A stretch of 64,000 nucleotides of DNA from Alphaproteobacteria bacterium (GTDB lineage Bacteria; Pseudomonadota; Alphaproteobacteria; RF32; CAG-239), in contig SUUV01000002.1 in assembly GCA_015062345.1 (NCBI GenBank), forward strand, positions 1,726 through 65,725, read 5' to 3'. This document shows positions 29,003 through 38,956 of this stretch, one piece after another. The notes beneath the pieces were generated by a model. It was not told the origin of the DNA. It searched no databases and saw only the letters and a list, made by a program, of their open reading frames with translations. Within the stretch, counting starts at the first letter, position 1. The number at the start of each line of letters is the position of its first letter. The translations under genes were made by a program, and so were the position numbers.

Positions 29003-30400
29003 TCAACTATCTTGTCCGTACATTGCCGAGCTTTTATTTAAGGTATAAATTTCATTATCAGTCGGCAGATTATAGTAAACATATTCTACATTTGATAACT
29101 CATTGCCAAATTGCAAAACCTGACGACTTAAATTGTGCATAAATACGGCCCGCATAGTGTTATCTAATCTTTGTGAAAATTTATTTTTAAAATCAGGTGA
29201 TGTGATTATATTGGCTATCATAATGCCACCGTTTTTAAGATGATTTTTTACCATTTGAAAAAAATCTGCCGTTACAAAATTCAGCGGAATGCTTTGCACC
29301 GAAGAAAACACATCAACCACAATTAAATCATATTTATTTTTATCATTTAGCATAAAAAGATACGCATCTTGGTAAATAAACTTTTTGTTTTTGCTTAACG
29401 GCTTTTGTAAAAACTTTTCTTCCGCTATTGTTTGCAATTTTTTTTCAACATCTAAAAATGTATAATTGTTTTTTGTATCGTCAATTCCAACCGTAAAACC
29501 ACCGGCTCCCAAAACTAAAATGTCATAAATTTTATCATCGTTCATTGTTTTTATGAAATTATCGTTGATAAATTTTATGTAGTTAAACATCAAAGAACTG
29601 TCTGCGGAAATTTTTGATGAATGTGAACCGTTAATTTTCATCAATAAAGATTGAGCTTGGTTGCCAACAACATCTTCGGGAACAATTTCAAGTCTTGAAA
29701 CAGCATCGTCTTTTATCAAATAATTTGTGCCATATATCAAGTTTTCGTTGTTGAGCAAGTAGCAAAAAATTAAAAAAACAATAAGCAATATTAACGAGGG
29801 CAGTTTTTCTTTTTTGTGGCATATAATCAATAAGCAAGCAGATGTTAAACCGACCAAAACCATAATGGTTGCACTTACCGAAAGAAAAGGCATCAAAACA
29901 AGGGTGGTACCGATAGAACCGGCAACACTGCCGAATGTGTCAACTGCCATAAATCTGCCGGTATAATTTGTATCATAACGATGTATAATCCGGCCGATTG
30001 CCGATGTGATAAAGCCCATAAACACAGACGGAACAGCAATAAAAAACAAACAATATAAACTAACCGGAAGCAAAAAGCCTTTTATATTTAAAAAGTATAG
30101 AAAAATAAAATACACTTCCATAACATAATATGATGAAGCAACAACAAAAATTATGCCTAAAACAACAATCATCTTTTGTATCAATTTACGAAGTTTGTTT
30201 TTGCTTAGATTTATTACTGAGCCTAAATAATAGCCAAGGCTCATAAACATCAAAATAAAAGTGATGACAATTGAAGTAATTAAGGTGTTAGAGCCGACAA
30301 AATTAATCAACTGTCTTAGAACAATCAGCTCAAAAGAAAGGCTTGAATAACCCAACAAAAAAACAACGGCAAGTAGAGAAAATTTTAATTTGTTCGTCAT
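29003..30400 (-). CDS. Membrane-fused spermidine synthase-like SAM-binding protein
   Basis: N-terminal TM block, then ILVLGAGG, DAY and YDLIVVDVF. Confidence 0.75.
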   Translation of the reverse strand: MTNKLKFSLLAVVFLLGYSSLSFELIVLRQLINFVGSNTLITSIVITFILMFMSLGYYLGSVINLSKNKLRKLIQKMIVVLGIIFVVASSYYVMEVYFIFLYFLNIKGFLLPVSLYCLFFIAVPSVFMGFITSAIGRIIHRYDTNYTGRFMAVDTFGSVAGSIGTTLVLMPFLSVSATIMVLVGLTSACLLIICHKKEKLPSLILLIVFLIFCYLLNNENLIYGTNYLIKDDAVSRLEIVPEDVVGNQAQSLLMKINGSHSSKISADSSLMFNYIKFINDNFIKTMNDDKIYDILVLGAGGFTVGIDDTKNNYTFLDVEKKLQTIAEEKFLQKPLSKNKKFIYQDAYLFMLNDKNKYDLIVVDVFSSVQSIPLNFVTADFFQMVKNHLKNGGIMIANIITSPDFKNKFSQRLDNTMRAVFMHNLSRQVLQFGNELSNVEYVYYNLPTDNEIYTLNKSSAMYGQDS

Positions 30401-31357
30401 TTATAACCCTAATTTGTTTTTTATAAATTTCTCTAATGATTTTTCGTCTCGCCACATAATTTTGATATTAAGCACATTTATATGTTGCTTGATATCCGAA
30501 GGAATTTTTACATAGTCCTTGGATGTGGTAAATATAGCCAGATTTTCTTTTTTTGCTTCATCAATAATGCTCATTAAATCTTCTTTTGTATAAAAATGAT
30601 GGTCGGGAAAATCTTTTGTTCTTACAACATCTAAACCCACATTTTTAAGCGATTGATAAAGTTTTTCGGGATATCCGATACCGGCAAAAGCATATACTTT
30701 TGAGTTTGTAACTTTTGGCTTATCTTCTGTTATATCGGCAAAAAATATCGGTAAGTCGGTTTTGTGGGATAAATTTGTTTTATCATCACCTATTACAATG
30801 AGGGCATCGGCTCTTTTTATACCGCCGGCAAAAGTTTCACGCAACGGACCGGCCGGAATGACTGCGCCATTACCGATACCGAATTTACCGCTAAAGACCA
30901 AAAATGAAATGTCCTTATACAAACTCGGATTTTGAAACCCATCGTCCATTACCAAAATATCAGCTCCGTTATCTAAAGCCTGCTTGGCGGCTTTTGCTCT
31001 GTCGGCATTGATGCAAACAGGAGCAACCTCAGATAACAACAACGGCTCATCACCAACCTCATCAGGAGTATGAATTTGTTTGTTTACAACAACACCGCTT
31101 AATTTTCCGCCATATCCTCGAGATATAAAAAACGGATTTTTGCCGTATTTTTTTAGCATCTGCACTATTGCAATCGATACCGGAGTCTTTCCTGTACCTC
31201 CGGCGGTTAAATTTCCGATGCATATCACCGGTAAGCCGGATTTATAGGGCTTTTTAAGTTTAATTCTTAGTATTGTGGCAAAACAATAAAGCCAACCTAA
31301 CGGTAACAAAATATAATAAAAAATATTTTTTTTGTTCCAAAAGGTTGGCGTTTTCAT
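30401..31357 (-). CDS. lpxK: Tetraacyldisaccharide 4'-kinase
   Basis: GNLTAGGTGKTP, SRGYGG, GDEP, DDGFQ, FPDHH. Confidence 0.96.
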   Translation of the reverse strand: MKTPTFWNKKNIFYYILLPLGWLYCFATILRIKLKKPYKSGLPVICIGNLTAGGTGKTPVSIAIVQMLKKYGKNPFFISRGYGGKLSGVVVNKQIHTPDEVGDEPLLLSEVAPVCINADRAKAAKQALDNGADILVMDDGFQNPSLYKDISFLVFSGKFGIGNGAVIPAGPLRETFAGGIKRADALIVIGDDKTNLSHKTDLPIFFADITEDKPKVTNSKVYAFAGIGYPEKLYQSLKNVGLDVVRTKDFPDHHFYTKEDLMSIIDEAKKENLAIFTTSKDYVKIPSDIKQHINVLNIKIMWRDEKSLEKFIKNKLGL

Positions 31358-31374
31358 TTTAACATCCTGTTTTC

Positions 31375-32640
31375 TTAATCAAGATAGCATTGGATTTTTT
31401 CAACAATGCCGTCTAAAACTTTGGCTTCGCCATATGCCCAGTTGTAAGCAAGTGAGCGTTTGGCTTCCAAAAGTTCCGGATTGGTAAGCAGGTTTTCGAC
31501 CATTGCCATTAAGTCAATCACATCATTGACCTGAATGATACCATCGGCTTTTTTGGCTCTGTTGACGGCATCGGTAAAGTTATGCATATGCGGACCGACA
31601 ATTACGGCATCACGACAACGAGAAGGTTCCATAAAGTTTTGACCGCCATGCGGAATGAGTGAACCGCCGATAAACACCAAATCAAACAAATCATACCAAA
31701 TGCCTAACTCACCAATGGTGTCAGCAATGTAAACATTGGTATCGGAAGTGATTTTTTCACCGGCAGAACGCAAAGATACCTTTAAACCCAGTTCATTTTG
31801 CAATCTGTTCTTAATTTCAATGCCTCTGTGCGGATGACGAGGAGCAATAAAGGTCAACACATTGGGGATTTTCTTGTTTAAATCTTTTAAGAACTTACCG
31901 ATTCTGAATTCCTCATCTTCATGAGTGGAGCTTACAAGCCAAGTTGTACGATTGCCGATTTGTTCGGCAATTTCTTTTTTCTTTTCTTCATCAATAGGCA
32001 AAGGAAGACCTGCATATTTTAAGTTGCCCAAGCATAAAGTGTTTTTTGCCCCTAAAACTCTTAAACGATATTCATCTTGGTCCGATTGTCCCAAACACAG
32101 TGTAAAACAATCTAAAATTTCCTTAATGGCAAATTCAAACTGTTGCCATCTTTTGAACGATTTATTGGAAATTCTGCCGTTAACCAAAATCAGCGGAATG
32201 TTCTTTCTTTTGATGCAAGAAAGTGTTGACGGCCAAAATTCGGACTCAAACCACAAAGCAATGTCAGGACGCCAATGTCTTATAAATCTGGTTGCAAATG
32301 TAGGATTTTCAATCGGCAAATATTGATGAAATGCGCGTTCAGGCAAGCGTTTTGCCATAATTTCCGCAGATGTTGTAGTACCCGTTGTTACCATAATATG
32401 CGCATCTTGATATGTTTCAAGTAACTTTTGAATTAGCGGTAACATCGAAATAGATTCACCCACAGATGCGCCGTGCATCCAAATAAGTTTTCCTTCGGGA
32501 CGAGGTTTTGATGGACGACCGATTCGTTCGTTGAAGCGTTTTATATCTTCTTTTCCGTTCTTTTTGCGTTTTTCAATATATGGCTTAATAACAAGCGGAT
32601 ATAAAATACGAAGCAGAGTATTATAGATTCTAATCAACAT
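31375..32640 (-). CDS. waaA: Kdo transferase
   Basis: WMHGASVGE, ESEFWP, APRHP, GGSLIPHGGQN; likely start ATG 32640. Confidence 0.95.
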   Translation of the reverse strand: MLIRIYNTLLRILYPLVIKPYIEKRKKNGKEDIKRFNERIGRPSKPRPEGKLIWMHGASVGESISMLPLIQKLLETYQDAHIMVTTGTTTSAEIMAKRLPERAFHQYLPIENPTFATRFIRHWRPDIALWFESEFWPSTLSCIKRKNIPLILVNGRISNKSFKRWQQFEFAIKEILDCFTLCLGQSDQDEYRLRVLGAKNTLCLGNLKYAGLPLPIDEEKKKEIAEQIGNRTTWLVSSTHEDEEFRIGKFLKDLNKKIPNVLTFIAPRHPHRGIEIKNRLQNELGLKVSLRSAGEKITSDTNVYIADTIGELGIWYDLFDLVFIGGSLIPHGGQNFMEPSRCRDAVIVGPHMHNFTDAVNRAKKADGIIQVNDVIDLMAMVENLLTNPELLEAKRSLAYNWAYGEAKVLDGIVEKIQCYLD

Positions 32641-32659
32641 CAATTTAGTTCCTTTTATT

Positions 32660-33388
32660 TTAGTTAACTTTTTTGCGTTTGTTTTTAGGTAATGTCCCTT
32701 TCGGAATATACGGCATATTAAGTTCTTTGTCAATTTGCCATGTGAGGTTGTTAAGAGCATTTTCAATTTTTAAGCGATATGATTCCAAATCTTCCTTTGA
32801 AGCATTTTTATCAATTAAAAAAGGCTCGGTTACGGCACAAATGCCTTTGCTAAACGGCTTTGGCACAAACATTTTATCCCAACTTTGCTCAATAATAACC
32901 GAATTTTTTATGCTGTAAGTTACACCGATAACCGGAATGGCAGCTTTTTGAGCATAATATACAGGGCTTAAAGACATTGTCATTGAGGGGCCTCTCGGAC
33001 CATCGGGAATAATGGCAATTGTGGTACCGTTTTTTAGCTCTTTCATAATGGAAACAGCAGCCCCTTTGGCATTTTCATTGGTGGAGCCGTCAATGCTACC
33101 GATACCGAATTTTTTTAAAATAGCGGCAATTAATTGTCCGTCACGATGAGGTGAAACCAAAGCTTTTAATTTTTTTCGTTTATCCCAAAACGGAGGTATC
33201 ATCGGAGCTCTGCCATGCCATGCAACAAAAATTACACTGCCGTATTTTTCCAAGTTGTCATAAAAAGTTTCAACTCCACGCAAATCCCATCGGGTTGAGG
33301 CTTTTATGAGCCTGATATACCAATAGGCAACATAGCTTATGACATTGATGGCAAATTTAGATTTTGTAATTTTTTTTAATATAGACAT
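32660..33388 (-). CDS. DUF374 lysophospholipid acyltransferase-family protein
   Basis: WHGR, SPHRDG, PDGPRGP, SWDKM.VP.PF; upstream of waaA-lpxK. Confidence 0.85.
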   Translation of the reverse strand: MSILKKITKSKFAINVISYVAYWYIRLIKASTRWDLRGVETFYDNLEKYGSVIFVAWHGRAPMIPPFWDKRKKLKALVSPHRDGQLIAAILKKFGIGSIDGSTNENAKGAAVSIMKELKNGTTIAIIPDGPRGPSMTMSLSPVYYAQKAAIPVIGVTYSIKNSVIIEQSWDKMFVPKPFSKGICAVTEPFLIDKNASKEDLESYRLKIENALNNLTWQIDKELNMPYIPKGTLPKNKRKKVN

Positions 33389-33582
33389 TATGTGTTTCTG
33401 AGTTCAATTTTACAAGTTATTAACAAGCACATCATAAACATTTTTTTTAAATCTGCAATAACTTAATTAGCTTTTAACACTTAAGCCTGTGGATTAAAAA
33501 GATTTAGCATTGTCACCCTTGCCAAATGTTTATAGATTTCCTATATTATGATAAAGTAATAAATAGGGAGAAATCTTAAATT

Positions 33583-35913
33583 ATGTCCGAAAATAACGAA
33601 GATAAACAAAATAAGGCAATTCCGGTGTTGCCCTTACGAGATACGGTTGTATTCCCGAAAATGATTGTGCCGTTGTTTGTGGGGCGTCAAAAATCTATTC
33701 AGGCCTTACAGCAGGTCAACGAAATAGGCGGTAAGGTTGTTTTGGTAACCCAAAAAAAAGCCTCGATTGAAGACCCTAAAGAAAAAGATATTTACAATAT
33801 CGGAACACTGGGAAGTATTTTGCAAATGCTCAAACTCCCCGACGGTACGGTTAAGGTTTTAATTGAGGGTGTAGAGCGTATCATAGTAAACAGTTTTATT
33901 GATGACGGAAACTTTATCAGTGCCAAAATTGAAGCTTTGCCTGAAGTTTCTATGGACGAACGGGAAATTGAAGTTTTATCTCGCTCGGTAATTTCGTTGT
34001 TTGAAGAATATGTAAAGGTTTCAAGAAAACTTTCTCCCGATGTGATTGTGGCCGTTCGTCAAATTGAGGATTATAGCAAGCTTGCCGATACCGTTGCCTC
34101 GCACATTACCCTTAAAACCGAAGAAAAACAACAGCTTTTGGAAGCAGAAAATTTATCGTCTCGGTTTGAAAAGCTCTTAGAGTTTATGAATTCCGAGTTG
34201 GCGATGATTGAAGTTGAAAACAAGATAAAAAATCGTGTTAAGCAACAAATGGAAAAAAGCCAAAAAGAATATTATTTAAACGAGCAAATGAAAGCCATTC
34301 AAAAAGAGTTAAATGATGGTGATGAAGAAGATGAAATTTCGGCCTTAAAAAAACGCATTAATAATACTAAGCTTTCAAAAGAAGCCAAGGATAAGGCTTT
34401 GGCCGAATTAAGAAAGTTAAAAACTATGGGAGCGATGAGCTCCGAGGCTACCGTTGTGCGCAATTATCTTGATTGGTTGTTGGACATTCCGTGGAAAAAG
34501 CCCTCCAAAGTTAATAATGATTTGCAAAAAGCCACGCAAATTTTGGAAGCAGACCATTATGGTTTGGATAAGGTTACCGAACGCATTGTGGAATATTTGG
34601 CCGTGCGTTCAAGAGCAGATAAAATTAAAGGGCCGATTTTGTGTTTGGTCGGACCTCCGGGGGTTGGTAAAACTTCACTGGGGCAATCCATTGCCAAGGC
34701 AACCGGCAGAAAGTTTGTCAGAGCCTCGTTAGGCGGTATGCGTGATGAGGCCGAAATTAGAGGACACAGACGCACATATATCGGCTCAATGCCCGGAAAA
34801 ATTGTTCAGGGTATGAAAAAAGTCGGAACATCAAATCCGCTTTTCTTGCTTGATGAAATTGATAAATTGGGCAATGATTGGCGAGGTGACCCGAGCTCGG
34901 CGCTTTTGGAAGTGTTGGACCCTGAGCAAAATTCTACTTTTAATGATCACTATTTGGAAGTAGATTATGACTTGTCCGATGTAATGTTTGTGACAACCGC
35001 AAACTCTCTTGATATGCCAAGACCGTTGCTGGATAGAATGGAAATTATCCGTTTGTCGGGTTATACCGAAGATGAAAAAATCGAAATTGCCAAACGACAT
35101 TTAATTCCCAAGATTTTTGGTGAAAATGCGGTTAAATGTTCTGAGCTTTCCATCACCGATGAGGCAGTTCGTGACATTGTGCGCTATTACACTCGTGAAG
35201 CCGGTGTACGCAATTTGGAAAGAGAGCTTTCGGCCATTGCCCGAAAAGCCGTAAAAGAAATTTTGCTTTCAAAGGATAAGTGTTTAAAAATTGAAGTTAC
35301 GGCCGAAAATTTGGAAAAATATTTAGGTATCAAAAAGTATCATTTCGGACAAGCCGAAGAAACCGACCATATCGGTGTTACTACCGGTCTTGCGTGGACG
35401 GAAGTCGGTGGTGACATACTTTTTATTGAAGCGGTGGATATGCCCGGCAAAGGCAAGGTTATGCAAACCGGAAAACTCGGCGATGTAATGAAAGAATCAA
35501 TTGATACGGCATATTCGGTGGTAAGAGCTCGCTCAAAAGATTTAGGCATTGAGCCTGATGTGTTTGAAAAGACCGATATTCATATCCATGTGCCTGAGGG
35601 TGCAACTCCCAAAGACGGACCATCTGCCGGTATTGCAATGTTTACAACACTTGTTTCGGTGTTTACAAAAACTCCGGTCAGAAAAGATGTAGCTATGACC
35701 GGTGAGATAACACTGCAAGGCAGAGTGCTCCCGATTGGCGGGTTAAAAGAAAAACTTTTATCAGCTTTAAGAGGCGGTATCAAAACCGTGATTATCCCCA
35801 AAGATAATGAAAAAGATTTGGCTGAAATTCCGGATAATGTAAAACAAAACTTAAAAATTGTACCGGTAAGTGAGGTCAAAGAAGTTTTAGAAATTGCCTT
35901 GAAAACTAAGTAA
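33583..35913 (+). CDS. lon: ATP-dependent Lon protease
   Basis: GPPGVGKTS, RGHRRTYIG, PKDGPSAG. Confidence 0.98.
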   Translation: MSENNEDKQNKAIPVLPLRDTVVFPKMIVPLFVGRQKSIQALQQVNEIGGKVVLVTQKKASIEDPKEKDIYNIGTLGSILQMLKLPDGTVKVLIEGVERIIVNSFIDDGNFISAKIEALPEVSMDEREIEVLSRSVISLFEEYVKVSRKLSPDVIVAVRQIEDYSKLADTVASHITLKTEEKQQLLEAENLSSRFEKLLEFMNSELAMIEVENKIKNRVKQQMEKSQKEYYLNEQMKAIQKELNDGDEEDEISALKKRINNTKLSKEAKDKALAELRKLKTMGAMSSEATVVRNYLDWLLDIPWKKPSKVNNDLQKATQILEADHYGLDKVTERIVEYLAVRSRADKIKGPILCLVGPPGVGKTSLGQSIAKATGRKFVRASLGGMRDEAEIRGHRRTYIGSMPGKIVQGMKKVGTSNPLFLLDEIDKLGNDWRGDPSSALLEVLDPEQNSTFNDHYLEVDYDLSDVMFVTTANSLDMPRPLLDRMEIIRLSGYTEDEKIEIAKRHLIPKIFGENAVKCSELSITDEAVRDIVRYYTREAGVRNLERELSAIARKAVKEILLSKDKCLKIEVTAENLEKYLGIKKYHFGQAEETDHIGVTTGLAWTEVGGDILFIEAVDMPGKGKVMQTGKLGDVMKESIDTAYSVVRARSKDLGIEPDVFEKTDIHIHVPEGATPKDGPSAGIAMFTTLVSVFTKTPVRKDVAMTGEITLQGRVLPIGGLKEKLLSALRGGIKTVIIPKDNEKDLAEIPDNVKQNLKIVPVSEVKEVLEIALKTK

Positions 35914-35918
35914 CAAAC

Positions 35919-35951
35919 AAAGGCTCTTGAACAAAATCAGGAGCCTTTTTT
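35919..35951. terminator. Terminator between lon and family copy 5
   Basis: AAGGCTC...GAGCCTT followed by T run. Confidence 0.7.
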
Positions 35952-35977
35952 ACGGTTTAATCCATATATTTTAATGA

Positions 35978-36457
35978 TTAGTATGTGTATGTTACGGTAA
36001 ATGAACCGGTATATTCTCCTGCTTTGACTTCTGCCGGAATTCTTAAGGTAGATGAAATAATACCCCTGCCACTACCACATTGATCACCTACAGCACCATA
36101 AGCACTAGCAGACATAGTATCACCTGAACTGTTTGTTAATACAAAATCATTAATATCTATTTCTTCATCCCAAAGAGTGTTACCATCTGAAGCGGTACAA
36201 CAAGTATAACTTTTACCACTAACAGAAATAAGGTCATCATATGAGGAAACAAACTCTTGAATAGGAATTTCTCCATCAATTTCTATGTCTGAATTACCCT
36301 GTTTAACAACAATTGTACCCCAATCCATATCATCACACTCAAAAGTACCTGCGACTTCAATTGTTGCCTTAGCTGTTACTTCAGCATAGTCGGTTGTTGC
36401 ATTTGCTGATGTTGCAGCCAAGAGGGCAGCTGCCGATAAAAGAAAATATTTTCTCAT
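35978..36457 (-). CDS. Secreted DUF4402-like protein, family copy 5
   Basis: MRKYFLLSAAALL, ECDDMDWGTIVVKQGN, LRIPAEVKAGEYTGSFTVTYTY. Confidence 0.85.
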   Translation of the reverse strand: MRKYFLLSAAALLAATSANATTDYAEVTAKATIEVAGTFECDDMDWGTIVVKQGNSDIEIDGEIPIQEFVSSYDDLISVSGKSYTCCTASDGNTLWDEEIDINDFVLTNSSGDTMSASAYGAVGDQCGSGRGIISSTLRIPAEVKAGEYTGSFTVTYTY

Positions 36458-36495
36458 TTTTTAATTCCTTTACAAAAATTCAGTTTAAGTACATT

Positions 36496-36596
36496 TGAAA
36501 GGTGCAAAAAATCACCTTTCACATCGCATCATAAACCGTTTTTTTTTTTTGCAAGTAAAAAGAGTCGTTTAAAGAATTTAAATCAAAAATGAGGTA
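36496..36596 (-). promoter_or_regulatory. Family promoter module, copy 5 (A12)
   Basis: T12 at 36539-36550, GAGTC at 36562. Confidence 0.8.
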
Positions 36597-36616
36597 AAGG
36601 TGTCTCTCTCATCACC

Positions 36617-36786
36617 GACATACCAGTGCCCAAGCTTTAGCTTGGAATAGACCCGGTATCTAAGGGAATAATTTAGCTATATTACCACCTGGACTCCGGT
36701 ATCTTCGTGCCGGAGTGACAATTAGGAGGCGCTTGCAAAGTATGAGGCTTAAAACAAAAATCTTGTGTTTTTTACTAATTTGAAGA
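36617..36786. repeat. RPE/REP-like palindrome unit D with conserved tail
   Basis: One unit plus tail ending TACTAATTTGAAGA, as in arrays A and B. Confidence 0.85.
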
Positions 36787-36914
36787 CACTAAAACATTTT
36801 TGTTTGCACAAAAATAAAGGGTGACAGTTTAAAGTTATTATTAATTCGAAGCAATATGACCTAACTAAAGTGTTTAAGCGGTGACTTTGTTTTTAAATAT
36901 AAAAAAAGCTCCCG

Positions 36915-37139
36915 TTATGAGAGCTTTTTTAATTGTTGTTTTAAATATTCCAAAATATAAACTCTGATTGCACTTGATAAATTTTTGTTTTCATCACGAT
37001 TTATATCAATTTTGCTTACTAAGGCATTGATACTTTGGTTATTTTCTTTGGCTATGCTAAGCAAAACTTCATAAAATTCTTCTTCCAAAGTGATACTCGT
37101 GTAATGTCTGCCGGCAATGACAACGGAAATTTTTTTCAT
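36915..37139 (-). CDS. Ribbon-helix-helix domain protein (RHH_4-like)
   Basis: MKKISVVIAGRHYTSITLEEEF...NLSSAIRVYIL. Confidence 0.8.
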   Translation of the reverse strand: MKKISVVIAGRHYTSITLEEEFYEVLLSIAKENNQSINALVSKIDINRDENKNLSSAIRVYILEYLKQQLKKLS

Positions 37140-37140
37140 C

Positions 37141-37608
37141 TTATTTCTTTCGGAAACTGTCAATGGAAATAACCTCTGCCGGAGTAGAGTTCAAAGTTTC
37201 TTTTTCATCAACTTCAATATCTTCAAGGCGAGTTGCTTTGTCGCTTTCTTCAAAGTTAAAACTCAAACCGAATTTGGCATAAGGGTCGGCAAAATATGTA
37301 ATGGCGGCAAACGGCACAACCAAACGGTGAGGGACTCCGCCAAAGGTTAAAACAACCGAAAACTTATCATCGCTAACCTCTAAACCTGAAAATTGATGTT
37401 GCAAGACAATAGTCATATTTTCCGGATATTGAATTTTTAACATTTGCGGAATTTCAACTTCATCAAAATTTGTTTTGAATGTAATGTAATAATGGTTTTC
37501 CCCCGGTAAACCTTGCTTGGAAGCAATTTTTAAGGCATCAACCACAACCCCCATCAGATGTTTGCTGATTAATTTGTCATAATCAATTTCAGAAATATAG
37601 TCTTGCAT
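37141..37608 (-). CDS. sspB: ClpXP adaptor SspB (alphaproteobacterial type)
   Basis: GLPGENHYYITFKT, YPENMTIVLQHQF, C-terminal VISIDSFRKK; directly downstream of ssrA. Confidence 0.9.
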   Translation of the reverse strand: MQDYISEIDYDKLISKHLMGVVVDALKIASKQGLPGENHYYITFKTNFDEVEIPQMLKIQYPENMTIVLQHQFSGLEVSDDKFSVVLTFGGVPHRLVVPFAAITYFADPYAKFGLSFNFEESDKATRLEDIEVDEKETLNSTPAEVISIDSFRKK

Positions 37609-37639
37609 TTTTATCCTCAATTTAATAAGCACATATAAA

Positions 37640-38184
37640 AATGAGCCGTTCTGTTGCTAGGTGGCTCATTCCCCACTTTTAACAAACCAATGTCAAAAGA
37701 ATTTTGAATTTGTTGCTATCGCCTAAATTAAGCAGCTACTGCAACAGGTGCAAAATTATCATTTGCGTTCATTTATTTTGAACCGATAACGGTGGTATCT
37801 TGCCGAACACAGCAAAAGTATCTTTATTATATACTGTCTAACCTGTTTCACCCCCATAAAAATCGTATAAGTACTTTCATGCTTGCAACTTTTTATACTC
37901 GTGTACCTTTTTGTACACTTCGTATAAAAAATTTCGGCGCAGCAAAGCACTTATCCGCTTTTTGTTTTTAAGTACTTTCATGCTTGCAACTTTTTATACT
38001 CGTGTACCTCTTTGTACACTTCGTATAAAAAATTTCATCACAGCAAAGCACTTATCCGCTTTTTGTTTTTAAGTGGCAAGCACTTATATACAATATAAAA
38101 TGGTGGAGGTGCCGAGTACTGCCCTCGGGTCCAATATACCTATTTCATACCGCCTCTAGTGTCATAGTCAGTTACCTGACAAGC
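37640..38184 (-). ncRNA. ssrA: Two-piece (circularly permuted) tmRNA
   Basis: Acceptor piece ends ...GGCACCTCCACCA at 38101. Coding piece starts GGGGGTG at 37855 (G3-U pair). Tag ANDNFAPVAVAA* at 37766-37728. Outer ends approximate. Confidence 0.93.
37865..38091. repeat. Two tandem 101-bp palindromic elements in the tmRNA intervening segment
   Basis: Units start at 37868 and 37969, each with TTTTTATAC..GTGTAC-loop-GTACAC..GTATAAAAA. Confidence 0.88.
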
Positions 38185-38317
38185 ATTTTATAACAACACT
38201 TTTCACATTTTTCAAGTTGTTTTTTATCGCAATATTTATCTTATGCTCAAAAAAGCACTTGATTTTCTTTTTATTATCACCATAATGAAAAAAGTTTTTA
38301 ATATGAAAGGATAAGAA

Positions 38318-38851
38318 ATGTTATTTACACTGTTTTTTCTTTTTAGTTTGTTTTTTGTAAAATCTGTTTTAGCCAATCCGGCTTGTGCCGTGTGTACCAT
38401 AGCCGTAGGTGCGTCCTTAGAAATTGCTCGCAAGCTTGGTGTTGACGATAGTGTTGTCGGTGTGTGGGCAGGTGCATTTTTAGTGTTATTGGGTTATTGG
38501 ACCATTAAATGGTTTGATAAGAAAAATTGGCACTTTAAAGGGCGTGATTTTATCATCTTGGTAACTTCAGTTGCCATGATTGGTTTTATGTACATTAGTC
38601 AGCTTGAATATCATGCTGAGGTAATAGGAATTTTCTATCTTGACCCGTTTTTATTTAGCACCATTGCCGGTGCGGTTGTGTTGGTTTTATCGTCTGATTT
38701 TTATCAATGGATGAAGAAAAAAAATGGCGGTCACGCTCATTTTCCGTTTGAAAAAGTTTTTGTTCCGGTAGCATCGTTGTTCTTGCTTAGCGCATATTTT
38801 TATTATTTTCCGCTTTGCCAAAAAGCTGCCGAACCGTTATATAACTTTTAA
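38318..38851 (+). CDS. Membrane protein with N-terminal CxxC motif
   Basis: Signal/TM, ANPACAVCTIAVG, LGVDD, about 4 further TM helices, HFPFEKV. Confidence 0.75.
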   Translation: MLFTLFFLFSLFFVKSVLANPACAVCTIAVGASLEIARKLGVDDSVVGVWAGAFLVLLGYWTIKWFDKKNWHFKGRDFIILVTSVAMIGFMYISQLEYHAEVIGIFYLDPFLFSTIAGAVVLVLSSDFYQWMKKKNGGHAHFPFEKVFVPVASLFLLSAYFYYFPLCQKAAEPLYNF

Positions 38852-38894
38852 TTGTATTCTTAAATCATACATTATACATAAGAGAGAATCAGAA

Positions 38895-38921
38895 AGATAC
38901 TCCGACTAAGTCGGAGTATCT
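38895..38921. terminator. Perfect 12-bp-arm palindrome at a convergent junction
   Basis: AGATACTCCGAC-TAA-GTCGGAGTATCT; lacks long T runs, so the function is uncertain. Confidence 0.5.
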
Positions 38922-38956
38922 TGGTATGTTAGATTTTTATTAATAAGTAAAGATGT

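Noticed and set aside
37759-37950. 63-aa ORF
   Set aside because: Overlaps the tmRNA coding piece and the palindromic spacer; explained by the RNA gene.
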